Positions 29,857 through 43,619 of a stretch of DNA of 64,000 nt are shown here, piece after piece. Position numbers and translations under genes: made by a program. Position 1 is the stretch's first letter. Each line of letters starts with the position of its first letter. The notes beneath the pieces are model-generated. The model was not told the DNA's origin. It saw only the letters and a list, made by a program, of their open reading frames with translations, and did not search any database. Origin of the DNA: the human T2T-CHM13v2.0 reference genome, Homo sapiens; assembly GCF_009914755.1 (NCBI RefSeq), contig NC_060931.1, one strand, 5' to 3'.

Positions 29857-30325
29857 GGTTATGTGTTAGAGTATGTCCCCCAAAACAATATGTTGAGGTC
29901 CTAATTTTTCAAACCTCAGAATATGACTTTATGTGGAAATAGAGTTATTGCAGATGTACTATAATTAGTTAAGATGGTGCCATTGGAGTGGGTCCTAACC
30001 CAATGTGACTGGTGTCCTTTTAAGAGGAAAATTTGGACACACTCTTACAGAAGAAGATGATGGTAAGACACACTGGGATAAAATGGCCGTGGAACAGATG
30101 GAGGCAGAGATTGGGGTTATGCTGTGACAAACCAAGTTCTGCTAGAAACTGGAAGAGGCAAAGAAGGATCTTCACCAAAGAATTCAGAGGAAGTACAGCA
30201 CTACCAGCATTTTGCTTCTGGACGTCTGGCCTCCGGAACTATGAGAATAAGTTTCTGTTATTTTCTGTTATTTTAAGCCACAAAGTCTGTGGTTCTTTGT
30301 TCCGGCAGCCCTAATAACTAATACA
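29857..30325 (+). mobile_element. MaLR solo LTR, MLT1C-like
   Basis: tgtcccccaaaacaatatgttgaggtcctaa...ggaggcagagattggggttatg...tttgttccggcagccctaataactaataca. Confidence 0.85.
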
Positions 30326-30329
30326 AATA

Positions 30330-30985
30330 TATTTACATTTAAAGAAATGCAGGGAAGGAAGTGTAGGATTTTCATGTACTCCACCCTCAGTTTCCCATAT
30401 TGTTAACAATTTACATTTGTATGGGACACATGTCACAGTTACTAGCCAGGATCCATACTTTATTCAGATTTCACAGTTTTTACCTTAAGTATCCTTTCTA
30501 TATTTGTAGATCTCATCTAGAATACCTCATTACATTTAGTCATCATGTCATTTTAAGATACTGTAGATTGTGATAGGTTTTCAGGTTTTCCTTGTTTTTG
30601 ATGACCTTGACAGTTTTAAGGACTACCAGCCAAATATTTTTTAGAATATTTTTCATTTGATTTTGCCTATTTTTTTTCTTATATTAGACTGTGATATAGG
30701 TTTGGAAGAGGAAGATTAGAGGTAAGATGCCATTCTTGTCAAATCATGCCAAGAGTTTGTACTATAAACATTACCTGTCACTGTTGAGATTAAACCTTGG
30801 TCACCTGGCTGAAGTAGTTTGTCAGTTTTCTCCACTGTGAAGTTACTCTTTCTGCTTCCCTTTTCCACACTGTACTATTTAAAAGGAAGTCACTATACAT
30901 AGTCCTCTGTTAAGAAGTAAGGAGTTAGGCTCAACTTCTTTGAGGCAAGGTTTGCTACCAAAACTATTTTGAATTACCTTACACA
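30330..30985 (-). mobile_element. L1MC 3'UTR fragment
   Basis: ttttccttgtttttgatgaccttgacagtttt and aaccttggtcacctggctgaagtag. Confidence 0.75.
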
Positions 30986-30994
30986 GGAAAATCG

Positions 30995-31620
30995 GATTTA
31001 TTTATAGTTGTTCAAAATTGGACACATTCAAGATATCCTTCCATAGGTGAATGGATAAACTGTTACAGCCATACAATGAAATATTATTCAACCATGTAAA
31101 GAAATAAGCTATCATGCCACAAAAAGACATAGTGGATCCTTAAACACATATTATCACATAAGAGAATCCAGTCTAAAAATATTGGATACTGTATGATTCC
31201 AATTACATGACATTCTTGAATTGGAAAACTGCAGAGGCAGTAAGAAGATTAGTGGTTTTCAAGGGTTAAGGGGCATGGAGGAAGGGATGAACAGATAGAG
31301 CCCAGAGAGTGATAAAGGTGGTAAAATTATGCTGTAGGATACTGAGTAGACCGTGCATGTAATTGTGGATACATGACATTATTGTGAAAACCTATAGAAC
31401 AATACCATACAAAGAGCAAACCCTAATGTAAACTATGGCTTTACTTAATAATAATATTGGTTCATCAATTGTAACAAATGTACCATCATCAGTGTAAGAT
31501 GTTAATAATAGGGAAAGTTGTATGTTGTGGCTGGGGAGAAAGAAAAGAAGTATACAGGTACTCTCTGAATGTTCTGCTAAAATTTCTTGTAAAACAATAA
31601 AAAATAATAAATATCAAAAA
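30995..31620 (+). mobile_element. L1MC1/2-like 3' end
   Basis: ggtgaatggataaactg, actgtatgattccaattacatgacattc, aaccctaatgtaaactatgg, ggttcatcaattgtaacaaatgtacc; A-rich tail. Confidence 0.8.
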
Positions 31621-32364
31621 ATAAAAATATAATAACTATTTTTAAATTATCTATATTATTATATATATTCCATGTCTACATATATTTATATATTCTCTCT
31701 CTGTGTGTATATATGTATAGATACAAAGAGCTACTGATTTGTAAGCCCTGAAAATCTTAAAGAATTAAGATATTTCACTTGCTTCCAAAATTATTTTTTA
31801 ATGACTTTAAGTGTTAGTGAATTCTGAATACTAGTATTTGGTATGTTTGCTTACTGTTTGAACTATAACTCCCTAGATGTAATTTTGTTACATGCATTGG
31901 CCTAATGATTATGAAGCAAGTTTAATTTGAACCAAAACTGTTTTTGGACAAATATGCTAGATCCATTATTCATACCTCTAGTGACAATATATAAGAGAAA
32001 ATGGAATTCTTTCTATTCTATACCATGAGTTGGAGACGCCAAAACTTACGGCTCCTTAAAAATTCATTCATGAGCCTAGAAATCATACTACGGTCTTAAT
32101 TTTTCTCCCATTGTCAACATTTATTTTGAATTTTGTGGTGATTACATTCATCATTAATTATCATATTCTATATATTTACCATCAAAGTTTAACCTAAGCT
32201 CAATTGGACCAGGGGCCACATGTTTTCCCTCTGTTTCCAGTCAACTCTAATCTCAGTGCTTTGAACACGAATACACAAGTGATTTTTTCATTAGCAATGT
32301 GCTTATTTTCTCAGTTTTTGGTTTCATCACAATGCCATAGGTATAAAATTAAATTAGTTAAAAT

Positions 32365-32525
32365 CACTAAAATGGTAGATTTTAAGTGGCCACTCCATGA
32401 AAAATGAGAAGTATATGAGGTAATGAATATATTAATTAGTTTGTTCTAGCCATTCCACTGCAATGTACATATATTTTAAAATATCATGTATATGACAAAT
32501 ATACACAATTTTTATTTGTCAACTT
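32365..32525 (+). mobile_element. L1MA-type extreme 3' end
   Basis: gtagattttaagtg...tatgaggtaatgaatatattaattag...agccattccac...tacacaatttttatttgtcaa. Confidence 0.75.
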
Positions 32526-33292
32526 ATTATTTGAAAGATATAAAATTCAATTGCCAGTTACCTAACCTATTGAACTAAAACTGATTTTATTTACAAAGAA
32601 GACATCAAAACTACATGAACCAACAATTTTCATTAACATTCATGGATTCACTCTGGTCAAACACTGATTGAGTCTATAATTGGTACTTTTTTTAGAATTT
32701 TATATTTATATATTTTAAATATATATTTATAATATATAATACATATAAATATATAATATATAAATAATTTATATAATATATTTGTATGATATATAGATAA
32801 ACAAAAATATATAAATGTATACATATTTATATATTTATATTTTTTATAATTGGTACTTTTACTTTTTTAGAAAAATGTTTCCTATATTTTGTTAATAGGA
32901 TAAGGTAAAACTGATACACCAAATAAAGGAATAAATTCATTTCTTCAACTTATAAACATTTATTAAGTGCTCTCATTCAGTGAAAAGTACTGTTTTGAGT
33001 CCTGTGACTCCATTAGTGGTGAGGGGTTTTCTAATCCTGAAACAGTCAAGAAAATGGTGCTGATAATAAATGATACAGTAGCCCTAAAAGCAGGGTGTTA
33101 TTGAAAACCTATACTCGTGGTACATTTAGAGAACTAAAACAGTCTGAAAAAGCTGGATCAGTATGTCTATGTTTGCATGTGGTATGATTGTGGGGTGTTC
33201 GTGTGTGCGTGTGTGTGTGTGTGTGTATTAGGATTATATAGAGCAAATGTCAAGAGGAGGCTGAGGTGCAAAGGTGATCATGATCAAGACCT

Positions 33293-33503
33293 TGGTATTT
33301 CTCAATGGTAGCACTATTGGCTTTTCAAGTTGATAATTCTTCATTTTATGGTGTTGTTCTATGCATAACAGGATCATTAGCATCCTTGACATCTACATAG
33401 TAGATGCCACTTCTGCTACTAGACATTGTGACATGCAAAAATACTTCTATACTTTTCCAGATTTAGTCTAGGGAAGTGGCACTACCTACAGTTGAGACCT
33501 ACA
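33293..33503. mobile_element. MER20-like hAT DNA transposon
   Basis: tttctcaatggtagcactattggc...gataattctt...agcatccttgacatctac...ttgtgaca...gttgagacctac. Confidence 0.6.
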
Positions 33504-33509
33504 GATGTG

Positions 33510-33900
33510 GAAAGCATTGCTATGCTAATGTTGCTAATATTATCTTGACAATCGTGAGAAATCAATGGCTTTAACTGAGGGGAGACATAAAAATGATTGA
33601 GGACAGCTCACTCTAGCTACATAATGAAGAAATGATAACAGAGTGCTTTTTGAGGCAGACATACTCTTTAAGAGATTGCCCATTAATTCAGGCAAAGGAA
33701 GGTGGTAGCCTATACCAGGATAACAACATTGAAATGGCAGAAGGGGAAAGATTTAAAGTGGAAAGGAGATAAAGTCAACAAAATATGGTGATTGATGTGA
33801 TATGAGCTGAAAGACATGAGAGTTAAGGATGACCCTAGGTTTCTGACTTGAGCAACTAGGTGGAAGGAAGGGCCATTTGCTAATTAGACAGATTTGAGTG
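33510..33900 (-). mobile_element. L2 fragment
   Basis: gagttaaggatgaccctaggtttctgacttgagcaactaggtgga. Confidence 0.65.
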
Positions 33901-34321
33901 AGGGCAGATCCCAGCAGAGTAAGAGGTAATAGCCAAAGGAGCATTGTGGAAATAATAATGCTCTAACAATTATTTTGACTGTGTGATCAGAATTTGTTCT
34001 GTTTTGCTGTGACATGTGTTTTTATTGGAAGTAGCACCATTTTTCCAAATGCTATTCCCGTTATGTTTTGTTGAGTTCTATAATAATTTGAACTCAATAC
34101 ACCACAACAATAGTTTATGTAATTCAAATAAGAGTAGATAATATTTTATTTTGAAAGACAAATTGGAAAATAATCATTAATTTAACATACTATAGTTTCA
34201 TGTATGCACACATAAACACTACAGTTTAACTTTTTGTATATAGGTATACTAGACAATAGACAATTATTTCCACTGTAAATGATTTTATGTCAAAGCCTAC
34301 AAAACAGCATCTTACCATTAG

Positions 34322-34580
<259 letters not shown>

Positions 34581-35019
34581 CAGCAACATATGACTTCTGG
34601 GTGTTGTGATTTAAAGTGAATGAATTAATATCTTTATATTTTACATCAAATTTTATCTTAATTTTTAAACTTGCGAGTGTCTTTCTCAAGACATATCCAT
34701 AATCATGTGACAGCAAAGAATAGACAACTATGCATATCTTAAGCAATAAATCATTTTAAAAAAGTGATTTTATTTTCACAAAGTTGTAACTTAGAAAATA
34801 TATTTAACGGGATTTTAATGAATATTTATAAGGTAATGTATACCATGGTGGGTAGAAGGTGCAATGGAAGTTAGAGTCTTTCATATGTTGGCAGAAATCT
34901 AAGCTTTGTCATTTATTAACTGTTTTACTTTGGAAAGTAAGTTATTTAATTCTCAGTTTCCTTGTTTATTATAGTTGTATTAGAAACACAACATAAAGTG
35001 CTAACAAACATTAAGTACG

Positions 35020-35680
35020 AAGTATAACAGTCTGTAGGCTAAGGGTTTCAGCCTTGAATCCAGTTGTTGGGCTTCAATTTCCAGTCCCATCTCTTTGTTG
35101 TTGTTGTTGTTGTTGAGACGGAGTCTCGCTCTGCCGCCTTGGCTGGAGCGCAGTGGCGCTAACTTGGCTCACTGCAGGCTCCGCCTCCCAGGTTCACGCC
35201 ATTCTCTTGCCTCAGCCTCCCCAGTAGCTGGGACTACAGGCGTCCGGCCACCACGACCGGCTAATTTTTTGTATTATTTAGTAGAGACGGAGTTTCACCG
35301 TGTTAGCCAGATGGTCTTGATCTCCTGATCTCGTGATCCCCCCGCCTCAGCCTCCCAAAGTGAGTGCTGGGATTACAGGCGTGAGCCACCACGCTGGGCA
35401 ATTTCTGAAGTATTAAAAATATACCCATATCTACTGGTTCAAAGTGAATTTTAAATATGTCTCATCTCTTATGAGCTGATTGAACTTAGGCAAATTACTC
35501 TACCTTCTTGTATGTAATTTTCATCTTTGAGAAATGAGAATAATAGTATCCAACTTATATTGGATTATTTATAATTGTAAATTTGTATATGGTTGTTTAG
35601 AAGATTATGTATAAATTAAATAATTCATGTTCTACGTATAAGAACAAATGCTATACAAAGGGCACTGAATATATGTGAAT
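35020..35680 (+). mobile_element. MIR interrupted by AluY plus a 61-bp captured segment
   Basis: gggcttcaatttccagtcccatctctt | atgagctgattgaacttaggcaaattact...tcatctttgagaaatgagaataatagta is continuous once the insert is removed. Confidence 0.6.
35096..35399 (-). mobile_element. AluY, near full length, with (CAA)n tail
   Basis: ggttcacgccattctc and tttcaccgtgttagccagatggtc diagnostics; TSD gtc[c/t]catctctt at 35084-35095 and 35459-35470. Confidence 0.95.
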
Positions 35681-36269
35681 TTATATTTTTATAATAGTGG
35701 TAATAATAAGAAGAGGTGTCATAATTAAGAAGCAATATTCATTCATTTACTAGATCCACAGTATCAGAAACTTGAAACTCACAATATAGAAGTCAATGTT
35801 TCTGTATGTATATTTGTCTCAATTTGTTATATACTAGGCCAAATATAGTAATTTCTGAGTATTGTATCTTTAAATATCCCTTTATTTTAATTTTTAAGGC
35901 TAAGTAAAAAGGAAAGTCACCAGGTAGACCTGATGTTGATTACAAAAATCAAGAGTCTGGTAACCAATGGACAAAATTAGTATGTTGCATCTTGTACATC
36001 CAAAAGGTCTTAATTTTTTCCCTAAATATATTACATGTAATATCAATGGTAGCCATGAAACAGGACCAGCAGCGGACAGAATTCCAGAAAAGTGGCAGAA
36101 ACAATGAAAAAAAAAAAAAGCAGTTGATAACAGATAGCTTGTTTAAAAGTGAAAGACTAAAGCATGAGGCTCGTAGTAAAGTTTTATCTTCAATTTTATG
36201 TTTATGTTTTATGGTGAGAATTTCAAGAAATGCATCTTTTTATGTGGAATATGGGGACATTCAATTTAT

Positions 36270-36452
36270 CGCAGTTCCCAAGAGTTTTCAATCCTGCATG
36301 TATATTATCATCACCTTAGAAGTTATTTTTAAAATAGCCATGCCTGTCTCATGCCTTATACCAATGTAGTTAGAAACTTTGGTGAGCAAACACTGATATG
36401 TTTAAAAATTTCCTAGTTGATTCTCACGGGGAGCCAGGAAAAGGAGTCACTG
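36270..36452. mobile_element. MER5A-like hAT DNA transposon
   Basis: atcatcaccttagaagttatttttaaaatag...tttaaaaatttcctagttgattctc...gagtcactg. Confidence 0.55.
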
Positions 36453-39413
36453 AAATATATATGCAACAAAATTGTACTAATTATACAAATAATACAAATT
36501 AAGGAACTTAGAAAGGTAATTTTGTTTAAGAACACGTAGCATATAGGAAGCAGTATTCTAAATGCTAAATGTTATGCATTTAAAATTCATTTGCTTCTGA
36601 TGTAGCAAATGAAAACAACCACTTATAATGAGTACTGTTTGCATGTGAACAAACCAAGCTAAAATCCTCACAATAATGTATTCTGTCTCATGCACTAAAC
36701 AGCCATGCAATTTTTCTGTATGTTTTCTTTTCTCAGAATTCATTACTTGAATAACATAAAATAGAACTTTTGCAGTCTGAATCAAATTATTATAAATTAT
36801 GAATAATGGGTATTTAACAGTACAAAAGTGCTGGAAGTTTTATTTGAAAGATTCTATTAATATCATGGAAATGCAAAGTGAAAATATTTCTTCTACTATA
36901 TACGTTAGTTTATTTATAAATTTATATATACCACACAAATAACAATACTAAACATGTCACTTTATTAGCCTGTTCTCTATAAGTTTAACTTAAATTGCCA
37001 CTAATATGTTAATAACCTTGACTAGAGATTTCAAAATGTTAATACTCAGGATGATTTTTAAAATAATAATTTATCATGTTGAATTCAGGCTTGCTTGATC
37101 TTGCAAATCCTATATAGAAAGTAAGTTCCGTGAGTTGAAGTTGAAGCATAGATGTTATGGAAATTTAGATAAATATCAACACATTTTATAATATTTTCAG
37201 AGAGCTTAATATTATTGCAACAACAAAGAAGGCTGTATTTGGAAATCGGGTTGGGATTTGAGTTAAAGCTTCAAAATATGTGAAAAAGCTTATACAACAA
37301 ATCATCTTACAGATCGCCTACATTTACATTTACATGCAATGATAAAAGAATTCTCTCTAGGCCCCCTATGAGGATATTCTCTCCTATCAAAATAAATGCA
37401 TTGAGTTCATAAATTCAGTAAGCCATGATGTTTTAAAAATATTTGGGTGATGTAAATTGCTCTTGTACACTGTAGGAGATGTACTTTTATTTATATTACT
37501 GACTTTACAGAGATTTTATTTGTACTACCGGCTTCTGCAATTACAATGGATTTCCAGAATTAATGAAGTGCCAGCATGAGCTCAGAAACTTTCTGTCACC
37601 CATTTCAGAACAGGTATACTAAGTGGTTGCCTTCACATCATATCTTAAAATTGCTTTAATACATAGACCATTTTAAAATCATGGTATCAGTTTAGAACAT
37701 TTTCAGAAAGACTTTGCAAAGATTTCCATTTCCTCAAAAATACTTTTTTTTTTTCCAAGTATTCTTTCTTATATAATTTGGACGAAGCAAAGTCGCTTAG
37801 TGGAAAAGTAATATTTAAAAATAAATCCCCACTGGGCCCTGGAGCTGTCCCTTAGGAAAGCATTAGTAGGAAATGAATTAATGTTTCCCAGTTTTTAGCT
37901 TTATATTTTCTGTTTTAATATTGCTTAAATGTTACTGGCTATCTGCAATAGATTTAATATTCTATAATACTATATTTCATGTACTTTCCTAGGGGTTCTT
38001 TGTCTTGTTTTTCATTTACTACATCAGGCTATTATTTGGCCACATGTAAGAACTTGGACATTATTCTGTTGTCCAGTTTCAGCTGCCAAAATACTTTTGA
38101 TCAATACAGCTCCCAGAAAAATTAGGCCATAAAAAGCAATGTGTTTAATAGGACTTTTTTTTTGTCATTACTGAAACTTTCATTTTGAGCACCGAAAACT
38201 ATGGAAGGTCTCAGCTCTTTCTTACCCTTTAAGTAGCTTCAGTGTGCTTCTGCTTGACTATTAAGTACAAGCTGCATATGAACATTTAGTTCATCCTTGA
38301 AGAAACACATTGAGCTTGAAGTTATTTAATGCAACCATATAAATTTCTATGTAGGTGTTTCCAGTTGCAACCTGAAGTGTATAAAATAATGGGGCAGAGC
38401 TAACAGCTTGATTTAATGCCTTGCTCCAGAAACATCTCTGCCTCTAGCAAGAAAACTAAGTTAAAAAAAAAGAAAGAAAGAAAAGAGGAAAGAAAATTCT
38501 ACAGCTGTATGAACACCTAGGAAAAGTATCAATTTCCTTTATAAAACTAAGTTTGGATAAATAAAATCTGCATACAATAATATTGTATTAGATTCTTTCT
38601 TAATAATAGTTAATGCAAAGTATTTGTTTGACAAGACTTATTCTTGCCTTTTGAGTAGATTATATATGCAAAACAAACCAGGTTTACTGGTACAGAACCA
38701 GAAGCCTAATCATTTTATTCTTAATTCATAAATTCACAGGAGTAGTTTAGAAGTGATGATGTGCAGGTTTCTTAGAGTTTATGTTGCAGATCTCAGTAAC
38801 AAGACTGTAATTGATTTGATCTCTTTGCCTTTAAAATAAAGTAACTCACATAAAGCCTAGGTAGTAGATTTTTATTACATGCTTTTAAAATACATGCAAC
38901 ATAAGCACTGAAGGAATTCATTTCATTAATGCAAGTCAAAGCCTAAAGAGGTTTCAGAAAGCTAAGCAGAGGTAGGCTTCTCCCATCTCCCATGAAAAGA
39001 ACATAGATCAAAGTCTCCTATAGCTCTCTTCAAGAAAATGTCTAGAATTCATTACACATACGATGTTTTTTTTTTGCACCAAACATCACTTAAGATGGAA
39101 GAACAGCACTTGGACTTGGAAAACTTTACTATAGAAAGCCATTTTTCTAGAAATAAGTTGTTTTGCCTTTCCTTAGGGTCCAGGTCAGGGAGTATTTACC
39201 AACAGATAATAATAGGAGTTTCAACCGAGGCTAAGGATGCCACTACATTGAAGCAAACATCACTTAATGAGTTAATTATTAAACATTTTTTATTCTATGC
39301 TCAAGCAACATCCTAAATATGTCTTTGTTGTTAATAGTCTATTCTTATTGTCAAAATTATTGTATAGTTTCACATGATGAATTGTCATATAATTTAATCA
39401 ATGACTTACCAGT

Positions 39414-39477
39414 TTTTCCTTCCTTCCTTCCTTCCTTCCTTCCTCCCTCCCTCTCTCCTTCCTTCCTTCCTTCCTTC

Positions 39478-39528
<51 letters not shown>

Positions 39529-39691
39529 TTTCTTTCTTTCCTTCCTTCCTTCCTTTCTTCCTTCTTTCTTTCTTTCTTTCTTTCTTTCTTTCCTTTCTTG
39601 CTTGCTTGCTTCCTTTCTTTTCCTTCCTTCGTTTCTTTTTCTCTTTCTTTCTTTTTTCTTTTTCTCCTTCCTTCCTTTCTTTTCCCTCCCC

Positions 39692-39757
<66 letters not shown>
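39414..39757. repeat. Polypyrimidine (TTCC)n/(TTTC)n compound repeat, ~340 bp
   Basis: Directly visible; almost pure C/T on the + strand. Confidence 0.97.
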
Positions 39758-40019
39758 ATCATTCTCTGCATATTTTCTCAGATATCACCCAGAAATTAAA
39801 GTGAACTTCTCCAGGCATATACATCTGTGAAGCCATAACAGACTAAAAAAATCAATATTGAAATCTATATGGGCTTTTACTAAAGATTAAACTAAACATG
39901 TACTTAAAACATTTTAATGCAAACATAATTGTAAGTGCTTCTTGGTCAACAAAGAATTCTCAGTTTGACATAATAGTTCTTTCTGCAATTTCTGTTTTTT
40001 TTTTCTTTTTTAAACAGAG

Positions 40020-40560
40020 GTACAAGGTATATGAAATCTGAAGGGCAGAAAGTATATAACTCAATGTGATATGCCATCACTTTCTAGATAATTCCGAACA
40101 TTTTAAAAGGCTTTACTGTGCCCCTTTTCAGTCATAGGCCCCAGATATAACAACTATTTCTGACTTCTGACTTCTAGTATTATAGATCAGTTTTGCCTAT
40201 TCTTTCATCCCTTAAAAATAGAATCATACAGAATAATCTTTGTGTTGGCTTTTTTCACTCATCAGTATGACTGACTTTCATGTACTATTTGCATTTAGCA
40301 GTAATTATTCTTTTTTGTTGATGCACAATGTTCAGTTATATGAGTATACCACAATTTATGCAACCATTCTACTGTTGTAGGCAACTGGATTATTTTCTGT
40401 TGGGACAAGCAGGAATAAAGTTATTATGAACATCCTTGCACATGTCTTTCAGTAGATGACTATATTCACTTCTTTTGAGTATTTTTAGGGTGAATTTTTG
40501 AGTCATAGGATAGGTGTATTTTTAAACTAAATGTTACTGAAAAGGTATCTGAAGTGGTAG
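40020..40560 (-). mobile_element. Old L1 (L1ME-type) 3' fragment
   Basis: gagtataccacaatttatgcaaccattctactgttg and ttatgaacatccttgcacatgtcttt. Confidence 0.7.
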
Positions 40561-42640
40561 TAAGTTCTTGATATATTTTTAAAAATTAGCATTGTAGATC
40601 TTCACTGTAAATGGTCATATATTAAGATCATACGTTAGCAATTGCCTGGATGTAGTAAAGTCTTTGCCATGCACCTTGTTTTTTTAAGGTTAAGTGTTTC
40701 ATAATTACTAGTTAAGGGACTGATCAGGTACTATTAGGAGGAATATGATGCAGAGGATTGTGATTAATATATAGTTTCCTGGGATTATTTGGCTTTCAGA
40801 CAGGGTCACACAGTTGACCATATTAAGGACAGGTGCCAAGGTCAGGAGACAATCAGAATGAACTCTGAGTGGAAGATTATGTGATTGCAAGTTACTGGAC
40901 ACTTAGAATTCTATGTGCTTTGAGCAGGAAGAATTCAGAGTAGGGGAATAAGTGGCCCCAGTGAAACTTTTCAGATGTCAAGGGCTAGCTCCATGCTCTC
41001 ACAGAAAATGAGGAGGCAGCAAAAGTCTGCAGTGACAGTCAGCTGATGCTCTGACAAACTCGAGTCAAACAGAAAATCTGAGAAAGCATTAAATCAAAAA
41101 AAATTCACTTTGCATTCCCTTTTGGCTATTTATTACTATAGTGGACAAGTTTTGTAAGGGATTAACCAGATACATTTGTAGTAAATTTGATGTATTATGA
41201 AAAGGCATTCCAAGTTTTTTACAGGTAAGCTTTAATGACCTTCTATATCAAGGTGTTGTCATAAGAAAAAGAGGTTATATGTGATGTACCAAATTAATTC
41301 AATCATTTTAACAATGTAATGTTAGCTTTTTTACATTAGTAGTACTAAACCAATGTCCTTTACTAGTTCCTAAACAGCAAGTATTTTTTGCTAACTGTAG
41401 TTGGGTTTCCTATTGAGAATGAATTATTGTTCTGATGTGATTTGTAACAAAATCCAAATATTAGTCATTGACTGTGTCTTTCTCCTTGGCCTCTACTTAA
41501 GGCCACAGGCTGAGTGGTTTAAAAGATACCCACCTTACTTATAGAGAAATTCAGCAAATATTTATTGAATTCTTGCCACCTCTGTGAAAAGGTTTTGGAG
41601 TAAATAAAGTGATGAAATGTATTCCTTATGTTTTAATATATTATTTTGTTATGTGTTTTATATACTCTATCATTTCTAGTTCTTTTTAAATTAAAAAAAT
41701 TATTTATGAAATTAACTGTCTTCAAAAATCTAGGTCAACTTTCTTGTAGAATGTCATGGCATTGTAAGTACTAAGAAATATGCAAGGTGATACTTTGAAT
41801 CTCTGTGACTTTCCTGTTCCCAAGAAACTTTTTATTCAATAATTTTGATTCTCATTTATGAAGAAGTCCAGAATCATTTATGAGACCCATAAAGGATCAT
41901 ATACCTGCATAAACCTGAGCTGTTAACCAGTCTCAAGCTTAGCTAATAATTTCAAGGATATGATCACTTTAAAGCTATAGTGAAAGCAGAAAGAGGGTTA
42001 GCAACGTCCCCAGGCAAGTCTTTCTCATAATGGGCCTACTTCTAGCCCAAGAGTAGAGATGGATTAGAGATTAGTCATCTCACCTGGTGAGAGTGTTTAG
42101 ATTTTAAAACATCTTAATTTTATATCCAGTTGGTTACTGAGATTCAATGACCTTTTCCAGGGAGTCATGCTTCAAGATTCCATAGATTCTAATTTTGTTT
42201 TGTTTGCCATCAGTAGTCCTACAGGGATATTCTCACAGGAGCATTCTGTTGAAAAGATTCTGTAGAATTTGACCAGTGGGAGACTACTCAAACTTGCACA
42301 TGTCCTTTTGACATGACCTCATTTTTACTTGGGCACTTTTTTACTTTCCAGCAAAAGATGTCTTAAGCTTACCTTTTTTCTTTCCCAGCTTCAGACATAG
42401 AATCAAACATTTCTCCAAGGAACTCCCAGTCTTTTGAGCAGAACGATATGTGTACCAGATAGTACTAGATTACATTGCATATAAGCCCTACCAGTGAACA
42501 GAGATAAAAATCTGTATTTATATCTCTGTATCATAGCATGAGAACGTGCCAATATATCACAGTCAAATGTAATATTATAGGTTTTTCAGACATTTTAAAT
42601 AATATGTTTATAGACGTATTTTCTTATTGTGAAAACTGTG

Positions 42641-43319
42641 TGTGATGGTTGATTTTGCGAGTCAATGTGAGTGAATTTAGGAATATTCTGATAGCTAATA
42701 AATCACTATTAATTCTAAATCATTACATTATCCTCAATGCTTCAGTGGCACTGAGCCCCATGCCTCTTCTGCTGAAAGGGAAACCCAGGTGTTTTGCTTT
42801 TGGTTAGAATGACTGGGTTGCCCTTGGTGTGTCTGTGAAACTGTCTCTAGAGGAAGTTGTCTTGTGAGTCAGTAGACTGAGTAGGAAAGATCCACCCTCA
42901 ATGGGTGGACACCATTCAATCAACTAGGATTCCAGTAGAACAAAAAGTCAGTGGAAGGGGAAATTATTGCTCTGTCTTCTGGATCTGAGACATCTATCTT
43001 CTCCTGTTCTTGCATGTCAGAACTTCAGGTTCCCCAGCGTTTGGACTCCAGGTTTGCGCCAGCAGTCCCAGAGCTCTTGGGCCTTCAGCCTGAAACTGAA
43101 TGTTACACCCTTAACTTCCCTGGTTCTAGGGCCTTGGATTGAGCCATGCTCCTGGTATCCCTAGATCTCCAGTTTGCATTAAACCTATGAAGCGACTTCT
43201 TTGTCTTCACAATCGAGTGAGCCAATTCTTCTAATAAATCTCTTCTCATATATATGTATATATCTCTCTCTCTGTATCTCCTATCAGTTTTCTCTCTCCA
43301 GAAAGTCTTGATAAAAACA
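42641..43319 (+). mobile_element. ERVL solo LTR, MLT2B-like (longer variant)
   Basis: tgtgatggttgatttt...gactgagtaggaaagatccaccctcaatgggtgg...gagtgagccaattcttctaataaatct; nested in a reverse old L1. Confidence 0.85.
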
Positions 43320-43619
43320 CAAGGTTTCCCAGTAACATAAATAAACAAATAAATAAATATTTATGAATATATATGTATTCCCTATCCCACTAAATGTAGT
43401 TTCAGAATTACAATAAGTAGTACTGTTAATAAATTTACTAAAAGTAAAATTAATTGCTTTATATTTATTTTTGTCCTTAGACTGTATTTATAAACTATAT
43501 AGTTCAAGTTACTATGTTTAAAGTTTACTTAAATAATTCTTTTCTCTGTATAATTAGGTTGACAGATTGATATACAGTTAGCTTTATTTTTATATATTTT
43601 TTTGTATTCATTTTTTACT

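Noticed and set aside
30330-31620. Opposed L1MC pieces resembling one 5'-inverted L1
   Set aside because: Both appear to be 3'UTR ends of different elements and no shared TSD is visible.
39080-39267. 14-bp direct repeat caaacatcacttaa 174 bp apart, with a 92-aa ORF over it
   Set aside because: No tail or element body between the copies; plausible by chance in AT-rich DNA; the ORF has no recognisable similarity.
39319-39830. Longest ORFs (161, 132, 121 aa; F/L/S- or K/E/R-rich)
   Set aside because: Translations of the CT-rich simple repeat, which lacks stop codons.
42705-42825. Extra ~120 bp in this MLT2B relative to the copy at 14185
   Set aside because: Probably a known longer MLT2B subfamily feature rather than a local capture; needs Dfam to confirm.
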